This document shows, in pieces, positions 14,189 through 28,051 of a stretch of DNA of 64,000 nucleotides. The stretch is from Octopus vulgaris (taxonomy: Eukaryota): positions 91,636,001 to 91,700,000 of the forward strand of contig OX597821.1 of assembly GCA_951406725.2 (NCBI GenBank), written 5' to 3'. The position numbers were made by a program, and so were the translations under genes. The notes beneath the pieces were generated by a model. That model ran no database searches and was not told where the DNA came from. It saw nothing but the letters and a program-made list of their open reading frames with translations. Each line of letters opens with the position of its first letter. Within the stretch, counting starts at the first letter, position 1.

Positions 14189-14409
14189 CCCTTTCATCAC
14201 TGTATTTATTTTAAGATTCTCTGTTTTTCTCTCAATTATTTTAAATATAACAAAGAATTTAGTAAAATAACTTAGTTATCATTAATCCAGTGTTAGGAAC
14301 ATTAATTGTGACTAAGGTTTGGTGGAAGATTTTAATTCAAAACTTATGAAAACAAGACATTTGTTCTACAAAGCCAGAGCCGGTTTCAGCCGGGTTAGTA
14401 ACGAAAGGG
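14189..14409. mobile_element. piggyBac-type MITE family 1
   Basis: TTAA|CCCTTTC ... GAAAGGG|TTAA termini. A second copy lies at 61762-61970 in the opposite orientation. Confidence 0.85.
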
Positions 14410-15352
14410 TTAAATAAGCCAACAGTAAATATGAAGTTGTAAGTCAGAGACAAGTAATGAGACCAAGTACTTCCCTTTGATAAACTAGGTTTGAGTGTAA
14501 GGTGCCTTCAGTAACTGAATGTAACTCGCTTAATAAAGGTTTAAAAATAAAATGAACTACAAACTTTCATTTTGTTTTGCCTGTTACCATATTGCTTTAT
14601 GGTTTCCACAATCATACATACATATAATTGATCCTCAGTTTTGAGGATCCTTTACATTCATATACTGTTATAACTATTTATTGTTATCTGTTTATTAAAA
14701 TATATTTGTGTTGTGTTTGTTGATATCACCTATTTATTTTAAATGTCTATTATATGTGCCTGTGCACTGTCCCCAATGCTTTTGGCTCAAATGCCCAATA
14801 AAAGAGATCATACTACCATCAATATTTATCATTTTCATTGTGATTATTATCAATATCATTTATTTTATTTCCCTTCAGACAAGCAATGGCATTATTACCA
14901 AAAGTACACAGACAGAACACTCACTGTTGTACAAAGAGGGAAAATGATAATAGTACAGTGCCATGGAAGAAACATTAACCACACAAACTTTTCTTTTGTG
15001 TAAACCTTACATTAAACTCTTCCTAAATGGAAAAACTTGCTTAATAAAGGTTTAAAAATAAAACGAACAATAAACTTTCATTTCGTTTTGCCTGTTGCCA
15101 AATTGCTTCATGGGTTCCAAAATCATACATATATATTGATATATATATATATATATACTTATATATATATATGCACCATGCATATAATTCGGTTTTGTTA
15201 CTTGTTACGTGCTTGCCTGTTTTTCATGTTTGTGTTTTTGTATGTCTGTGTGAGAGCATGTGAATATGAATATTCATGTATGTATGCATGTATGTATGTA
15301 TGTATGCATATATGTATGTAAGTATGTATGTATGTATGTATGTATGTATGTA

Positions 15353-15387
<35 letters not shown>

Positions 15388-16688
15388 ATCATTTAAATCA
15401 TACTTTTGTGTAAGCATTGCATGCATGTAGGTTTTCTATGAATGGAAAGAGGGATATGTATATACATGTATGCATGTTTGTGTGTGTGTGTGTGAGTGTG
15501 TGTGTGTTAATGAGACACAGAAATAGAGATTGATAGATAGAGAGACAGATAGACAGACAGATAGACAGACATATAGATAGATAGATGGAGGGAAAGCGAG
15601 AGAGATAGACAGAGAGACAGACAGACAGACAGACGGACAGACGGACAGACAGAGAGACAGACTGACAGGCGGACAGACGGACAGACAGACAGATACTGAT
15701 ATGTATATTATACAAATGTCTGTCTTTTTACTAAACTATGAAGAATAGTGAATATAAAGAAAGCAAGTACGATCAAACATATACACATAGAAAGAGAGAG
15801 AGAGAAAGGCAAATGAAAGACAGGTAGAGAGGAAGAGAGAAAACCAGAAAGAGAGAGAGAGAGAGAGAAGTGTTGAACAGAGAGAGTGAAAATTGCATTT
15901 GTATAAGAGTGCATTTTTAAAGGCATCTTTGGGTGTTCTTGTATCATATTTATATTTGTGTCTTTTGTTCGAATACAGGTGTACAAATTTGCACAGCTCA
16001 TGCAAAATCTGAAATATAAATAAACATCAACATTAAAAGAATATTTTTAAAAATGTAAAGTAACTATTATAACAACAATAATAATGTCAACCAAAAAAAA
16101 TGGAAGTGAAAGTACTGCTTCCACTATGATAAATAATGGTAAACATATTTTTAAAGAATTTATAATAAAAATAATAAGCATAGCTACGGATATCCACCAA
16201 TATCATATACAATATCCTGTGTTTCATTGTGATCACAAAATCAAAGACCAAATTGCTTGGAAGAATTCCTTTTATCTGTGAAATTCCTTAATACCTGAGA
16301 GATTTGGTTGAGGTTCATTTTAGCAACAATCATTTTGGCTTTACGATTTCATAAAGCAGAGTTATTTACTTAGCATTTTGTTTTCTTTTTTTGTCAAGGA
16401 AATGTGATGGAGACTGGAGTTGGAATTCCCCGATTTTGGTTGTGTCTCTCAAGTGGAATATGCAGAGAGTCCTCAAGGTATCTTTTGGCTAAGTGAATAG
16501 CAGAATAATTGCTTTTATTCATGTATCGATAGACTGTTTGGGGTCTGAGAGTTTGTATTTACACATAAGCTTGTGAAATGTATCTGTGAACACATATAAA
16601 ATTCTTCTTAATAACATAGCTGTATCTATAAATATTTATATAAGCTAAAGTATGTGTGTATATGTATATGTGTGAGTGTGTATACATA

Positions 16689-16845
16689 CATCATCATCAT
16701 CATCATCATCGTTTAACGTCCGCTTTCCATGCTAGCATAGGTTGGACGATTTTGACTGAGGGCTGGCGAACCAGATGACTGCACCAGGCTCCAGTCTTGA
16801 TTTGGCAGAGTTTCTACAGTTGGATGCCCTTCCTAATGCCAACTA
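16689..16845 (-). mobile_element. Retroposon family C 3' fragment
   Basis: (cat)n-cgtttaacgtccgctttccatgctagca...ggatgcccttcctaatgcc. Confidence 0.8.
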
Positions 16846-17124
16846 TATATATACATATATGTATATATATATATATATATAGGTAAATAGATAGATAGAG
16901 ATAGATTCATAGATAGATTTATGCACACATATATATACATAAATATGTATGTGCATGTTGTGTGTGTTTGTATATATATATATATGTGTGTATACAGTCA
17001 ATTCGAAAATGTTATATCCACATCAGAGATTATATAATCCCAAAAATTCCTCTGGTTAATCACTATCATATAATGAGAAGGTCTCAGTGATATGCTAGGG
17101 TATATTATAGTAATACATATTATT

Positions 17125-17521
17125 TATATTGAAAGAAAGAGAAGAGAGAAAGATGGAGGTATGAATGATTTATTTGTATGATATGAAGATGTTGAAATTT
17201 TTTTAGAATAACAACACAAGTAAATTATAAGTTGTAAAGCTCAAAAAGAAATGCGAGCTGCAAATAAACCTACATGTTCTGGCCCCTAGTTGTTATGTAA
17301 TTCTAATCTTAGTCTTCTGGCTTAGAATTATGTATCAACTAGGAGCTAGAATTGAAACATATATGTAGGTTTTTCTGCATTTTCAATTTCGTTTTTGTGC
17401 TTTACAACTTATAATTTATTTGTATTGTTATTTTATAAGAATTTCATTATTTTTATATCATACAAATAAATCATTCATACACCTACCTTTCTCATTTTCT
17501 TTCTTTCTTTCTTTCAATATA
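17125..17521. mobile_element. Foldback/MITE-like palindromic element
   Basis: Two ~180-200 bp imperfect inverted arms (tatattgaaagaaag...aattctaa / ttagaatt...ctttctttcaatata) around a ~15 bp spacer. Confidence 0.75.
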
Positions 17522-17536
17522 TATATATATATATAT

Positions 17537-17942
17537 AGGCGCAGGAGTGGCTGTGTGGTAAGTAGATTGCTAACCAACCACATGGTTCCGGGTTCAGTCC
17601 CACTGCGTGGCATCTTGGGCAAGTGTCTTCTACTATAGCCCCAGGCCGACCAATGCCTCGTGAGTGGATTTGGTAGACGGAAACTGAAAGAAGCCTGTCA
17701 TATATATGTATATATATGTATGTGTGTGTGTTTGTCTGTCTGTGTTTGTCCCCCTAGCATTGCTTGACAACCGATGCTGGTGTGTTTATGTCCCCGTCAC
17801 TTAGCGGTTTGGCAAAAGAGACCGATAGAATAAGTACTGGGCTAACAAAAGAATAAGTCCCAGGGTCGAGTTGCTTGATTAATGACGGTGCTCCAGCATG
17901 GCCGCAGTCAAATGACTGAAACAAGTAAAAGAGTAAAAGAGT
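17537..17942 (+). mobile_element. SINE family A copy
   Basis: Full length. Confidence 0.9.
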
Positions 17943-18231
17943 ATAAATAAAAACTACATGTGATCATTTGCCTACGAGCCGTAAAATATTTTATTTGGAA
18001 TGTTTGATTCTGTTAGTTTATTAATATGATGAAATTTACCAGGGAGGACATCATCCTAATGAAGGGGTCAATACATACGTGGGACACTAAACAACTGGTT
18101 CCGGAGCATCTGGCAATACAGATGTATCTCATCAAGGGATAAATAAATACAACTGCCTAAAATTTGCATTTTCAATATATACACACATGTATTTACATAC
18201 ACACACATATATATATATTCATATATTATCC

Positions 18232-18485
18232 TCATCATCATCATCATCATCGTTTAACGTCCGTTTTCCATGCTAGTATGGGTTGGATGGTTTGACCAGG
18301 GTCTGGGAATCAAGGAGGCTGCACCAGGCTCCAGTCTGATCTGGCAGTTTTTCTACAGCTGGATGCCCTTCCTAATGCCAACCACTCCGTGAGTGTAGTG
18401 GGTGCTTTTTACGTGCCACCAGCACGGAAGCTAGTCAAGGCGCTGCTGGCATAGGCCACGTTCGGATGGTGCTTTTTACATGCAC
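18232..18485 (-). mobile_element. Retroposon family C copy
   Basis: Tail plus about two monomers. Confidence 0.85.
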
Positions 18486-18504
18486 ACACACATATATTAC
18501 TAGA

Positions 18505-18542
<38 letters not shown>

Positions 18543-18987
18543 GAAAGCAGAAGAGAGAGAGAAACCTATATTTATATGTATGTGTGTGTGTGTGTGTATA
18601 TACGCACACACATGTTTGTAGTGTTTATGTAAGACAGCAATACCTGTAGTTAGTTGTCATAAACAATATTTATCAATGTACATTAATAATTGATCAGTAG
18701 AAAATGATTGGTTTAATTCTTATCTAGGAAAGGCAATCATATTTTATTTTTAGATACATTATTTAAGAGGTCTTCTGGTGTATGTGTTTGCATGTTTAAT
18801 ATTGTGTACAGAGACATTGTAACTAGCGACAGAGAGAAAGATGTGTGGGCAAATGTTTACTACAGACTGATTGTTCACTAAATGTTGCCGAGGGCAATAT
18901 GTTTGAGATAAACGGAAAATGATTAAGACACAAGGAAAGATGTTATATTTCAGACCAATCGGACTTATTCTACCGTGCAAAAATGCT

Positions 18988-19018
18988 GGATGATGATGAT
19001 GATGATGGTGACGATGAC

Positions 19019-19069
<51 letters not shown>

Positions 19070-19460
19070 GGTGGTGGTGGTGGTGATGGTGGTGGTGGTG
19101 GTGGTGGTGGTGATGATGATGATGATGATGATGATGATGACGATGATGACGATGATGATGATGATGATGATGATGATTATGATGGTGGTGGTGGTGGTGA
19201 TGATGGTGGTGGTGGTGGTGGTGATGATGATGGTGGTGATGATGATGATGATGATGATGATGATGGTGATGATGTTGGGGGTGGTAGTGCTGCTGGTGGT
19301 GATGGTGGTGGTCTGATACCACCTGTGGTAGTGGAGGGTGTGGTAGCAGTACTGGTTGTGGCAATGGTGCTGGTGATAGCGGTAGTGGTGGTGGTGGTGG
19401 TGGTGGTGTTTGTGGCAATGTCAATAGTGGTGATGATGGCAGAGGTGGTGTTAGCGGTGG
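18988..19460. repeat. Compound (GAT)n/(GGT)n trinucleotide array
   Basis: Seen directly. Confidence 0.95.
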
Positions 19461-19665
19461 TGATGGTGGTGTTCATGGCAATGACCAAAACAATAGAGAC
19501 AGTTCCACTGCAGCTGCCACTAACAATGCCAGCACAGATGCTAACGATCATGACCCAGACGATGAACATGATAACTCATGTGATGACAACGACGATGACG
19601 ACACTGATGACGACAATAACAACGACACAGAGGGTATAAGGTGATAATAACATATGAATACCAAC

Positions 19666-20070
19666 AAGGTGGCGAGCTGGCAGAATCGTTAGCACACCGG
19701 GCGAAATGCTTACCGGTATTTTGTCTACCGTTACGTTCTGAGTTCAAATTCCGCTGAGGTTGACTTTGCCTTTCATCCTTTCGGGGTCGATAAATTAAGT
19801 ACCAGTTACGCACTGGAGCCGATGTAATCGACTTAATCCCTTTGTCTGTCCTTGTTTGTCTCCTCTGTGTTTAGCCCCTTGTGGGTAGTAAAGAAATAGG
19901 TATTTCGTCTGCTGTTACGCTCTGAGTTCAAATTCCGCTGAGGTTGACTTTGCCTTTCATCATTTTGGGGTCGATAAATTAAGTACCAGTTACGCACTGG
20001 AACCGATGTAATCGACTTAATCCCTCTGTCTGTCCTTGTTTGTCTCCTCTGTGTTTAGCCCCTTGTGGAT
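19666..20070 (+). mobile_element. SINE family B dimer (tandem duplication of body and tail)
   Basis: The body from gtattt.gtct repeats directly after the first tail. Confidence 0.9.
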
Positions 20071-20465
20071 AATAACCTCCTTTTAAGGCAGCAAGGTGTC
20101 AGAATCAGCTGTATATCAGTCAAAATGCATAATGGTATTTCATCCAACCTTATGTTCTGAGTTCAAATTCCTCTAAGGTCGACTTTGCTTCCCAAACTTT
20201 GGGGATCGATAAAATAAGTACCAGTTGAGTACTGGGGTTGATATAATCAATTTTAGCTCCTCTCCACAAACTGCTGGCCCTGTGCCAAAATTTGAAGCCA
20301 TTATTATACCTCCTTATGAGGTCAATATATTGACAGAGTTATTTCAAGGTCAAGAAAAATACCTTGAAATATTATCAATTCCTGACCTTCACACTTTGAA
20401 TTCAAATCTTGCAAAGGTCAGTAGCTTTACTATTCATCCTTTAAGAGTAGTTAAGATAAAGTACC

Positions 20466-20696
20466 TATTTCTTTATTAACCACAAGGGGCTAAATACAGA
20501 GGAGACAAACAAGGACAGACATAGGTATTAAGTCGATTACATCGACCCCAGTGCGTAAATGGTACTTAATTTATCGACCCCAAAAGGATGAAAGGCAAAG
20601 TCGACCTCAGCAGAATTTGAAATCACAACGTAACACAGACGAAATACCGCTAAGCATTTCGCCCGGCGTGCTAACGTTTCTGCCAGCTCACCGCCT
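20466..20696 (-). mobile_element. Young family B SINE nested in an older family B copy
   Basis: 15 bp TSD ttaagataaagtacc at 20451-20465 and 20697-20711. The older plus-strand copy resumes after it. Confidence 0.85.
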
Positions 20697-21423
20697 TTAA
20701 GATAAAGTACCAGTGAAGTAATGTGGTTGATGGCATCAACTAATTCCTTTATCCAAATTTCCAGTCATGATCTTGTGCTAAAACTAATTATTAAACTTCA
20801 TCACTGAAATATATTCTATCAAACTACCATGTGAGTCTAGGAGCAAGTGGTTCAGTTTCTATTTATCTGTGCGTCTGTCTGTGTGTGTCTGTCTGTGTGT
20901 CTGTGTGTTTACTTGTTTCAGAGCATCATTATCATGTTTAACACTGAAAATAAGTAGTAAATGGCTTAATTTGTGGTAAATTTGTTTATCTATCACCATC
21001 AATTTTCCTAGGAAACATACCATTACAAACTATGTTACTTCAAACACCGCCTGTCCTCCACTACACCTTCTTCAATGCTACAATAAAATTCATCCATTGA
21101 GGAGGTGATAGAGTGCAGACAGTGAGCTACCGGTTGATGGATGCAGCGGAGTGTTATTCCACAAATCATATTAGCCATTTTCACTTAGATCTGTCACTCT
21201 TGACACAGAAACTTGTTTATTTTACACCAGTAAGAATTACTATCGAAGGTAATGGCTAAACTGTGATGTGAATGGAACATGAACCTTGTTTCATGGAAAA
21301 GGTCTGGTGTATGTGACATTTTGTCAACTCATCTTCCAAACAGATAAGCCATTATGAAATTGAAATTAAACTACAGGAATTCAGATAGATCACATGAATC
21401 ACTTCAAGGGGATGTGACCTCAG

Positions 21424-21870
<447 letters not shown>

Positions 21871-22478
21871 TTTATATATGTATATATAAATATATGTATA
21901 ATACAAATACCTATATTATAATATGCAATATATATTTATTTATTTAAGGCATAAAACAAATATAGAAGATAATATTCTAAATATGTGTGTTTGTGTGTGT
22001 TTGTGTGTGTGTGTGTATGCATGCATATGTGCATGTGTGTGCACGTGTGTGTGTCTGTGTATGCATGTGTGTGTTTGTGTAAATAAAATGTGTAGAAGTG
22101 CATATCCAAGTGAAGGAGTAATAACTTTTAATGTTTTGATAAAATTAGGCCATTTACAATTCTTTTGTTTTGCTTCTTTTTTCACTTTTCCCACATCAAT
22201 ATCCTTGTACTACATTGCTGCCTCTCTGAGTATAAAGTTCTAATAATGAAATGGTAGAAGATTTATCTCGTTCAAACTGAGGTTAGTTCTTCTTTCAACA
22301 GCGTAAACACAAACTGTACAGATATAAATACACATACACAAATGTGCGAGTGTATTTGTACGCATGGATATTCATGTATGTGTGTAAATATATACATATG
22401 TGTGTGTGTGTGTGTGTGTGTGTTTGAGTGTGTGTTTGTGTTAATATTCAATATATATAGTTATGTAAACATATATAC

Positions 22479-22517
<39 letters not shown>

Positions 22518-22520
22518 CAT

Positions 22521-22554
<34 letters not shown>

Positions 22555-22907
22555 GTAACAAATATATATACATGTCTATCTATCTATCTATCTATATATA
22601 TATATATATATTTATCTATATATATATATACATACACATGTACACATACAGATGTGTATATATATATTTTAACATACTTATGTATATGTGTATGTTTACA
22701 TGTTTGTGTGGAGGTATATATGTTATGAATTATGTTATGAATGTTATATATGTTATGAATATATATGTATACAACACACAATATATATAAATATATATAT
22801 ATATATAGATAGATAGATGCAAAAAATATATATACATGTCTGTTTATCTATCTATCTACCTATTTATCTATCAATCTATCTGCCTATCTATCTGTCTATC
22901 TATCTGC

Positions 22908-22960
<53 letters not shown>

Positions 22961-22978
22961 AATCTATCTATCTATCTA

Positions 22979-23023
<45 letters not shown>

Positions 23024-23287
23024 ATGATGATGATATATATATACATACACATATGCACATACAGATGTGTATATATATTTTAACATAGTTATGTATATGT
23101 GTATGCTTATATGTGTGTGTGTAGAGGTATATGTTATGAATTCATGTGGATATGTATGTGCACTTAAATATGTACATCAAAAGCTTTAACATTATGCAAC
23201 AACAACAATAATAATAATAATAATGATAATGGTAAAGTCAGCCACCAGAATAACAACAACTGCAAGGTTAGCAATGATAACAGTGAA

Positions 23288-23322
<35 letters not shown>

Positions 23323-24238
23323 CAACATCTGTAACCTTGTCATTTACGGCATATCCAAGTTTATCAAAATATATGAAATGTTATTTATTTTCTCACAGAA
23401 TAACTTGTCAGTGAAATGTATATGTCCGAAAGGAACTTAAATTAGGAAATACGTTCTTTAAAAATGGACAAAGAATCAAAGACATGTTTTCCTTCTTTAT
23501 CCTGTTATTGACGAAATGGTGGAGAAAAGGTTGGTCCTTGGTCATTAATTATTGGTTATTGGAAATATTTTAAGATATCTATCTATTTATATCTATACGT
23601 ATTTAGATATAATATACAGGCACATACATACATATATGTACACACAGATACACACACATATATATATATACATGAATGTACATACATACATATCTACATA
23701 CACATGTGTGTGTATGTGCGTGTTTGTATATGTCACCTTTCATGATGTGTTAAAGTTTTTAAGTTTTTGTCAGATATATTACTGTACATGATATATTGGC
23801 ACCTGTTTATTAAATAGCATATAGATATTCTGCTAAAGCATTTGGGGTTATCAAATGACATGAGAGGTTGGAGAGGTATTCAGATGAATATCACATCAGA
23901 TATTTTCCAAACTTGCTATTATATTATTAAACATACATTTTTTTAGTTGAGGGCAGGTTTGCAGAATATTTATTTTCAGCCTCCAATTGTCTCTAAGACA
24001 ACAAGAGAAATGTGTAGCAGCTGGTTCTGTTGCTGTATGAAGTTAGAGCAACAAAAATCTATTTGTGCCATCATTATTTCAATCAGTATTTCAAACCTCA
24101 CCACTATATCTGTAGAGTGCATTCATTGGTTTAAAGTGGTAGTACTGCAGCTGGGTGGACAATAGTGCTTTTTTGGGGAGCATTGTAAGCTCACAAAGGA
24201 ATAGTAGATATCAAAGGGTTCCACTGAGTTGGGTGTAT

Positions 24239-24641
24239 ACTCTTTACTCTTTTATTTGTTTCAGGCATTTGACTGCAGCCATGCTGGAGCACTGCCTTTA
24301 GTCGAGGAAATTGACCCCAGGACTTATTCTTTGTAAGCCTAGTACTTAGTCTATCAGTCTCTTTTGCCGAACCACTAAGTTATGGGGATGTAAACACACC
24401 AGCATCGGTTGTCATGGGTTGTTTGGAGGGACAAACATAGACACACAAACACACACATATATATATGTTCATATATTCAAAGGGCTTCTTTCAGTTTCTG
24501 TCTACCAAATCCACTCACAAGGCTTTGGTTGGCCTGAGGCTATAGTAGAAGACACTTGCCCAAGGTGCCACGCAGTGGGACTGAACCTGGAACCATGTGG
24601 TTGGTATGCAAGCTACTTACTACACAGCCGCTCCTATGCCT
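24239..24641 (-). mobile_element. SINE family A copy
   Basis: Full length. Confidence 0.9.
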
Positions 24642-24817
24642 TGTTATAAATTTTACAGGTAAAATATTTTTCTGGGAGCGAATTATGAGTTATAACATTG
24701 CTATTCTGGGAAATTATTGCTCTGCTTTATGCGTTTTCACTTTAAAAGTAACCTCTGGGAACAAATTAACCTGTATATCAAAGCATTATTGTATATATAT
24801 ATGTGTGTGACTATATA

Positions 24818-24855
<38 letters not shown>

Positions 24856-25813
24856 TGCTGCCTTTTTGAAACTCTTAACACCCTTTTACCACACCTCTAC
24901 TGTGTTAAACATCTCGGGTTTTTCACATTTGGTACTAGTTACCAGTGCCTCTAATTCAAGTTTCTACACTTATGCTATATCTGAAGTCACAACTTGTGAT
25001 CTTAGACATCACCTTCAACACAATGCTTACTGTGTCTAACATCTCTGGTTCACTGGACAGTTTCACAATCTCTTATTTCCATAAATTTATGCTTCTAAAA
25101 ATAATTTCCTTACATATCTCAAAATCAAAATTAACATCAGCTATTCAGTCAATACATCCCAACTAATGGCCTATGAACATACTGGGTTCCTCATTCCAAC
25201 TTTTTGACTGCTACTACAATAGTTTCTGCTTTGGGGAGAAATTTGGACCCATACCATCTCCACCAAGGTTCACAAGACAAAATCTTTACTTTTTGTGTTA
25301 CCCATTTTGCTGCCCCACTCCAGGTCTATCACTAAACACTAATTACAGTCCTTCATCTCTAAAAACTCACCCTTCTCACATACCTTCCAAAACAGTGTAT
25401 TTCTAGCAATTAACAACTTGTTCACAATGAAGGGCATCGATTACTGCAATCCAATCTTACTGGTTGTATAAGTTCTATGAAGGCTATAGGCTCTGTTCAT
25501 TTTTTCTGAACCAACAAGACAAAAATAAAAGTCTTGAAGAAAAGTAATAAAATGTACAGCAATAATGAAATAATAAGCAATGGTTTTTCACATCTTATAC
25601 TAGCTACCAGTGGCTATTATGTTCATATGTGTGCCTCCACTCCAAGTTTCTACTCTTATACTATATTTGGAATCACAAGCTGTGATCTTAGAAATCACCT
25701 TCAATGCAATGCTTACTTTCTAACCAAACTGCTATAAAATGACAGATCATGCTCAACAAAGAAACAATATTCTAAAATCAATGGCTGGTAGTATATGGAG
25801 GAAAGATATATTA

Positions 25814-26025
25814 ACCTGGCAGAATCGTTAGGATGCGGGGCAAAATGCTTAGTGGTATTTCGTCTGCCGTTACGTTCTGAGTTCAAATTCCGCCGAGGTC
25901 ACCTTTGATTTTCATCCTTTTGGCGTCGATTAAATAAGTACCAGTTACACTCTGGGTCGATGTAATCGACTTAATCCCTTTGTCTGTCCTTGTTTGTCCC
26001 ATCTATGTTTAGTCCCCTGTGGGCA
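25814..26025 (+). mobile_element. SINE family B copy
   Basis: Family B match. Confidence 0.85.
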
Positions 26026-26428
26026 ATCATCATCATCATCATCATCATTTAACGTCTGCTTTCCATGCTGGCATGGGTTGGACGGTTCAACTGGGGTCTG
26101 GAAAAACCAGAAGGCTGCACCAGGCCCAGTCTAATCTGGCAGTGTTTCAACAGCTGGATGCCCTTCCTAATGCCAACCACTCCGTTAGTGTAGTGGGTGC
26201 TATTTATGTGCCACCAGCACAGGTGCCAGACGAGGCTGGCAAACGGCCACGATCGGATGGTGCTTTTTACATGCCACCGGCACGGGGACCAGACGAAGCT
26301 GGCAACAGCCACGGTCGGATAGTGCTTATTACGTGCCACCGGCACGGAGGCCAGTCGGGCAGTGCTGGCTATGGCCACATTCGGATGGTTCTCTTATGTG
26401 CCACCGGCACTGGTATCACAGCTACAAA
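26026..26428 (-). mobile_element. Retroposon family C copy with four monomers
   Basis: Tail plus four gtgccaccggcac-type units. Confidence 0.9.
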
Positions 26429-26835
26429 TTCTCCAAAGAAATAAAAAATTATAGCAACCTATAAAACAATTAGTCACCCAATTTTCAGTTATGCATGTAT
26501 AATACGGGTCACATAAGTGACAGGCTTACAATGAAAGAGAATGGAAATTGTGCCAAATGTATCTCTTTGAGCTACTACAGAATAGCAGTTGAAGACTGCC
26601 AACATCATAAGACAAAACTACTGAAAGTATACTTCAGTAGGTTTGTCTTATGATGTAGATGGTTCTATTATACTTTTTGGCATCACACTTCTTAATCCAT
26701 TGCTAAAGCAAAAGTCACACACATCACTACTTAATTATAGATTCACACACCAAATGAAAAATAACGGTAACTTTTAACAAAATTTAACAAAAATCCCTTG
26801 TACTTTAGAAATTAATCAAATAAATTAATCAAAAT

Positions 26836-27245
26836 AGGTGCAGGATTGGCTGTGTTATAAGTAGCTTGTTTACCAATCACATGGGTTCAGTCCCACTGCG
26901 TGGCACCTTGAGCAAGTGTCTTCTACTATAGCCTCGGGCCGACCAAAGCCTTGTGAGTGGATTTGGTAGACGGAAACTGAAAAGAAGCCCGTCGTATATA
27001 TGTATATATATATATGCGTGTGTGTGTTTGTGTGTCTGTGTTTGTCCCCCTAGCTTTGCTTGACAACAGATGCTGGTGTGTTTATCTCCCGTTACTTAGC
27101 GGTTCGTCAAAAGAGACTGATAGAATAAGTACTGGGCTTACAAAAGAATAAGTCCCGGGGTCAAGTTCCTCGACTAAAGGCAGTGCTCCAGCATGGCCAC
27201 AGTCAAATGACTGAAACAAGTAAAAGAGTAAAAGAGTAAAGAGTA
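26836..27245 (+). mobile_element. SINE family A copy
   Basis: Full length. Confidence 0.9.
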
Positions 27246-27663
27246 ACGAAAAATTAAAAGAGGACAATAAAAAAATTCTTCACTGTTCACTGGTTAAAGA
27301 TGTGAAATGAAGGCACCGGTTTCAAATACTACAAGGCTGCTGCTCACCACCAGACCCAGACCAAGTTATAAACAATAAAGAAGAAAGAAAACCTACCATG
27401 GAAAACAAGGAGCACACTGGTACAACCATGCTCCAGGTTCTGGTCCATACTAAATGACAATTGCAATTGGTTTGATCCAGAAGTCACAAAAATATGCTCA
27501 GATTTCAAAGGCAATCCATATTATGTTTTACATTGCTTCCACTGCACATCTACACTTATGTAAGTAGTAGACAGAATTTAGGAGAAAAGAAAGTCTCAGG
27601 AAAGTTGCTGAATATCTGCAAGTTGAATCACAGCATGGAACTTCTAATAGAGCAGCTATAACA

Positions 27664-28051
27664 GTGGAGGCGCAATGGTCCAATGGTTAGGGCAGCGGAC
27701 ACGTGGTTGGAGGATCACGGTTTTGATTCTCAGACCAACCGTTGTGTGTGTTTATTGAGCGAAAACACCTAAAGCTCCACGAGGCTATGGCAGGGGGTGG
27801 TGGCGACCCCTGTTGTACTCTTTCGCTCCAACTTTCTCTCACTCTTTCTTCCTGTTTCTTATCCCCGACTTCCTATGCAACCGCTGAGCCTGGATGCGCT
27901 TCATCTATCCGTCGATGCTCTCAGTGTCGGGGGTTGACCTGCTTTCTCTTCTGCGGGTCTTATGAATAGCAAAGGACCACGTTTCGAACTTCTCCCATCT
28001 TGCGAGCTCTGGGACAAAGACCGTTCACACAACAGCAACAGCAACAGCAGC
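27664..28051 (+). mobile_element. tRNA-derived SINE family D, tail type Y
   Basis: Same head as 10325 with a different 3' half and a (CAA/CAG)n tail. 13 bp TSD agcagctataaca at 27651-27663 and 28052-28064. Confidence 0.85.

Larger units (their letters stand above)
25580..27650 (+). mobile_element. Decayed I-group (Ingi/Vingi-like) LINE 3' part, split by three younger insertions
   Basis: Peptides in order: ILEITFNAMLTF, RNNILKSMAGSIW (~LAGxxWG), ATYKTISHPIFSYA, PWKTRSTLVQ...FDPEVTKIC...HCFHC (degenerate zinc knuckle). Confidence 0.65.

Noticed and set aside
18759-19639. Long poly-H, poly-D/G and poly-M/V ORFs
   Set aside because: They arise from stop-free trinucleotide arrays open in several frames on both strands, with no splice or domain support
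26200-26420. CRISPR-like repeat-spacer pattern
   Set aside because: The 'spacers' are homologous to each other, the array is part of a dispersed retroposon in eukaryotic DNA, and there are no cas genes
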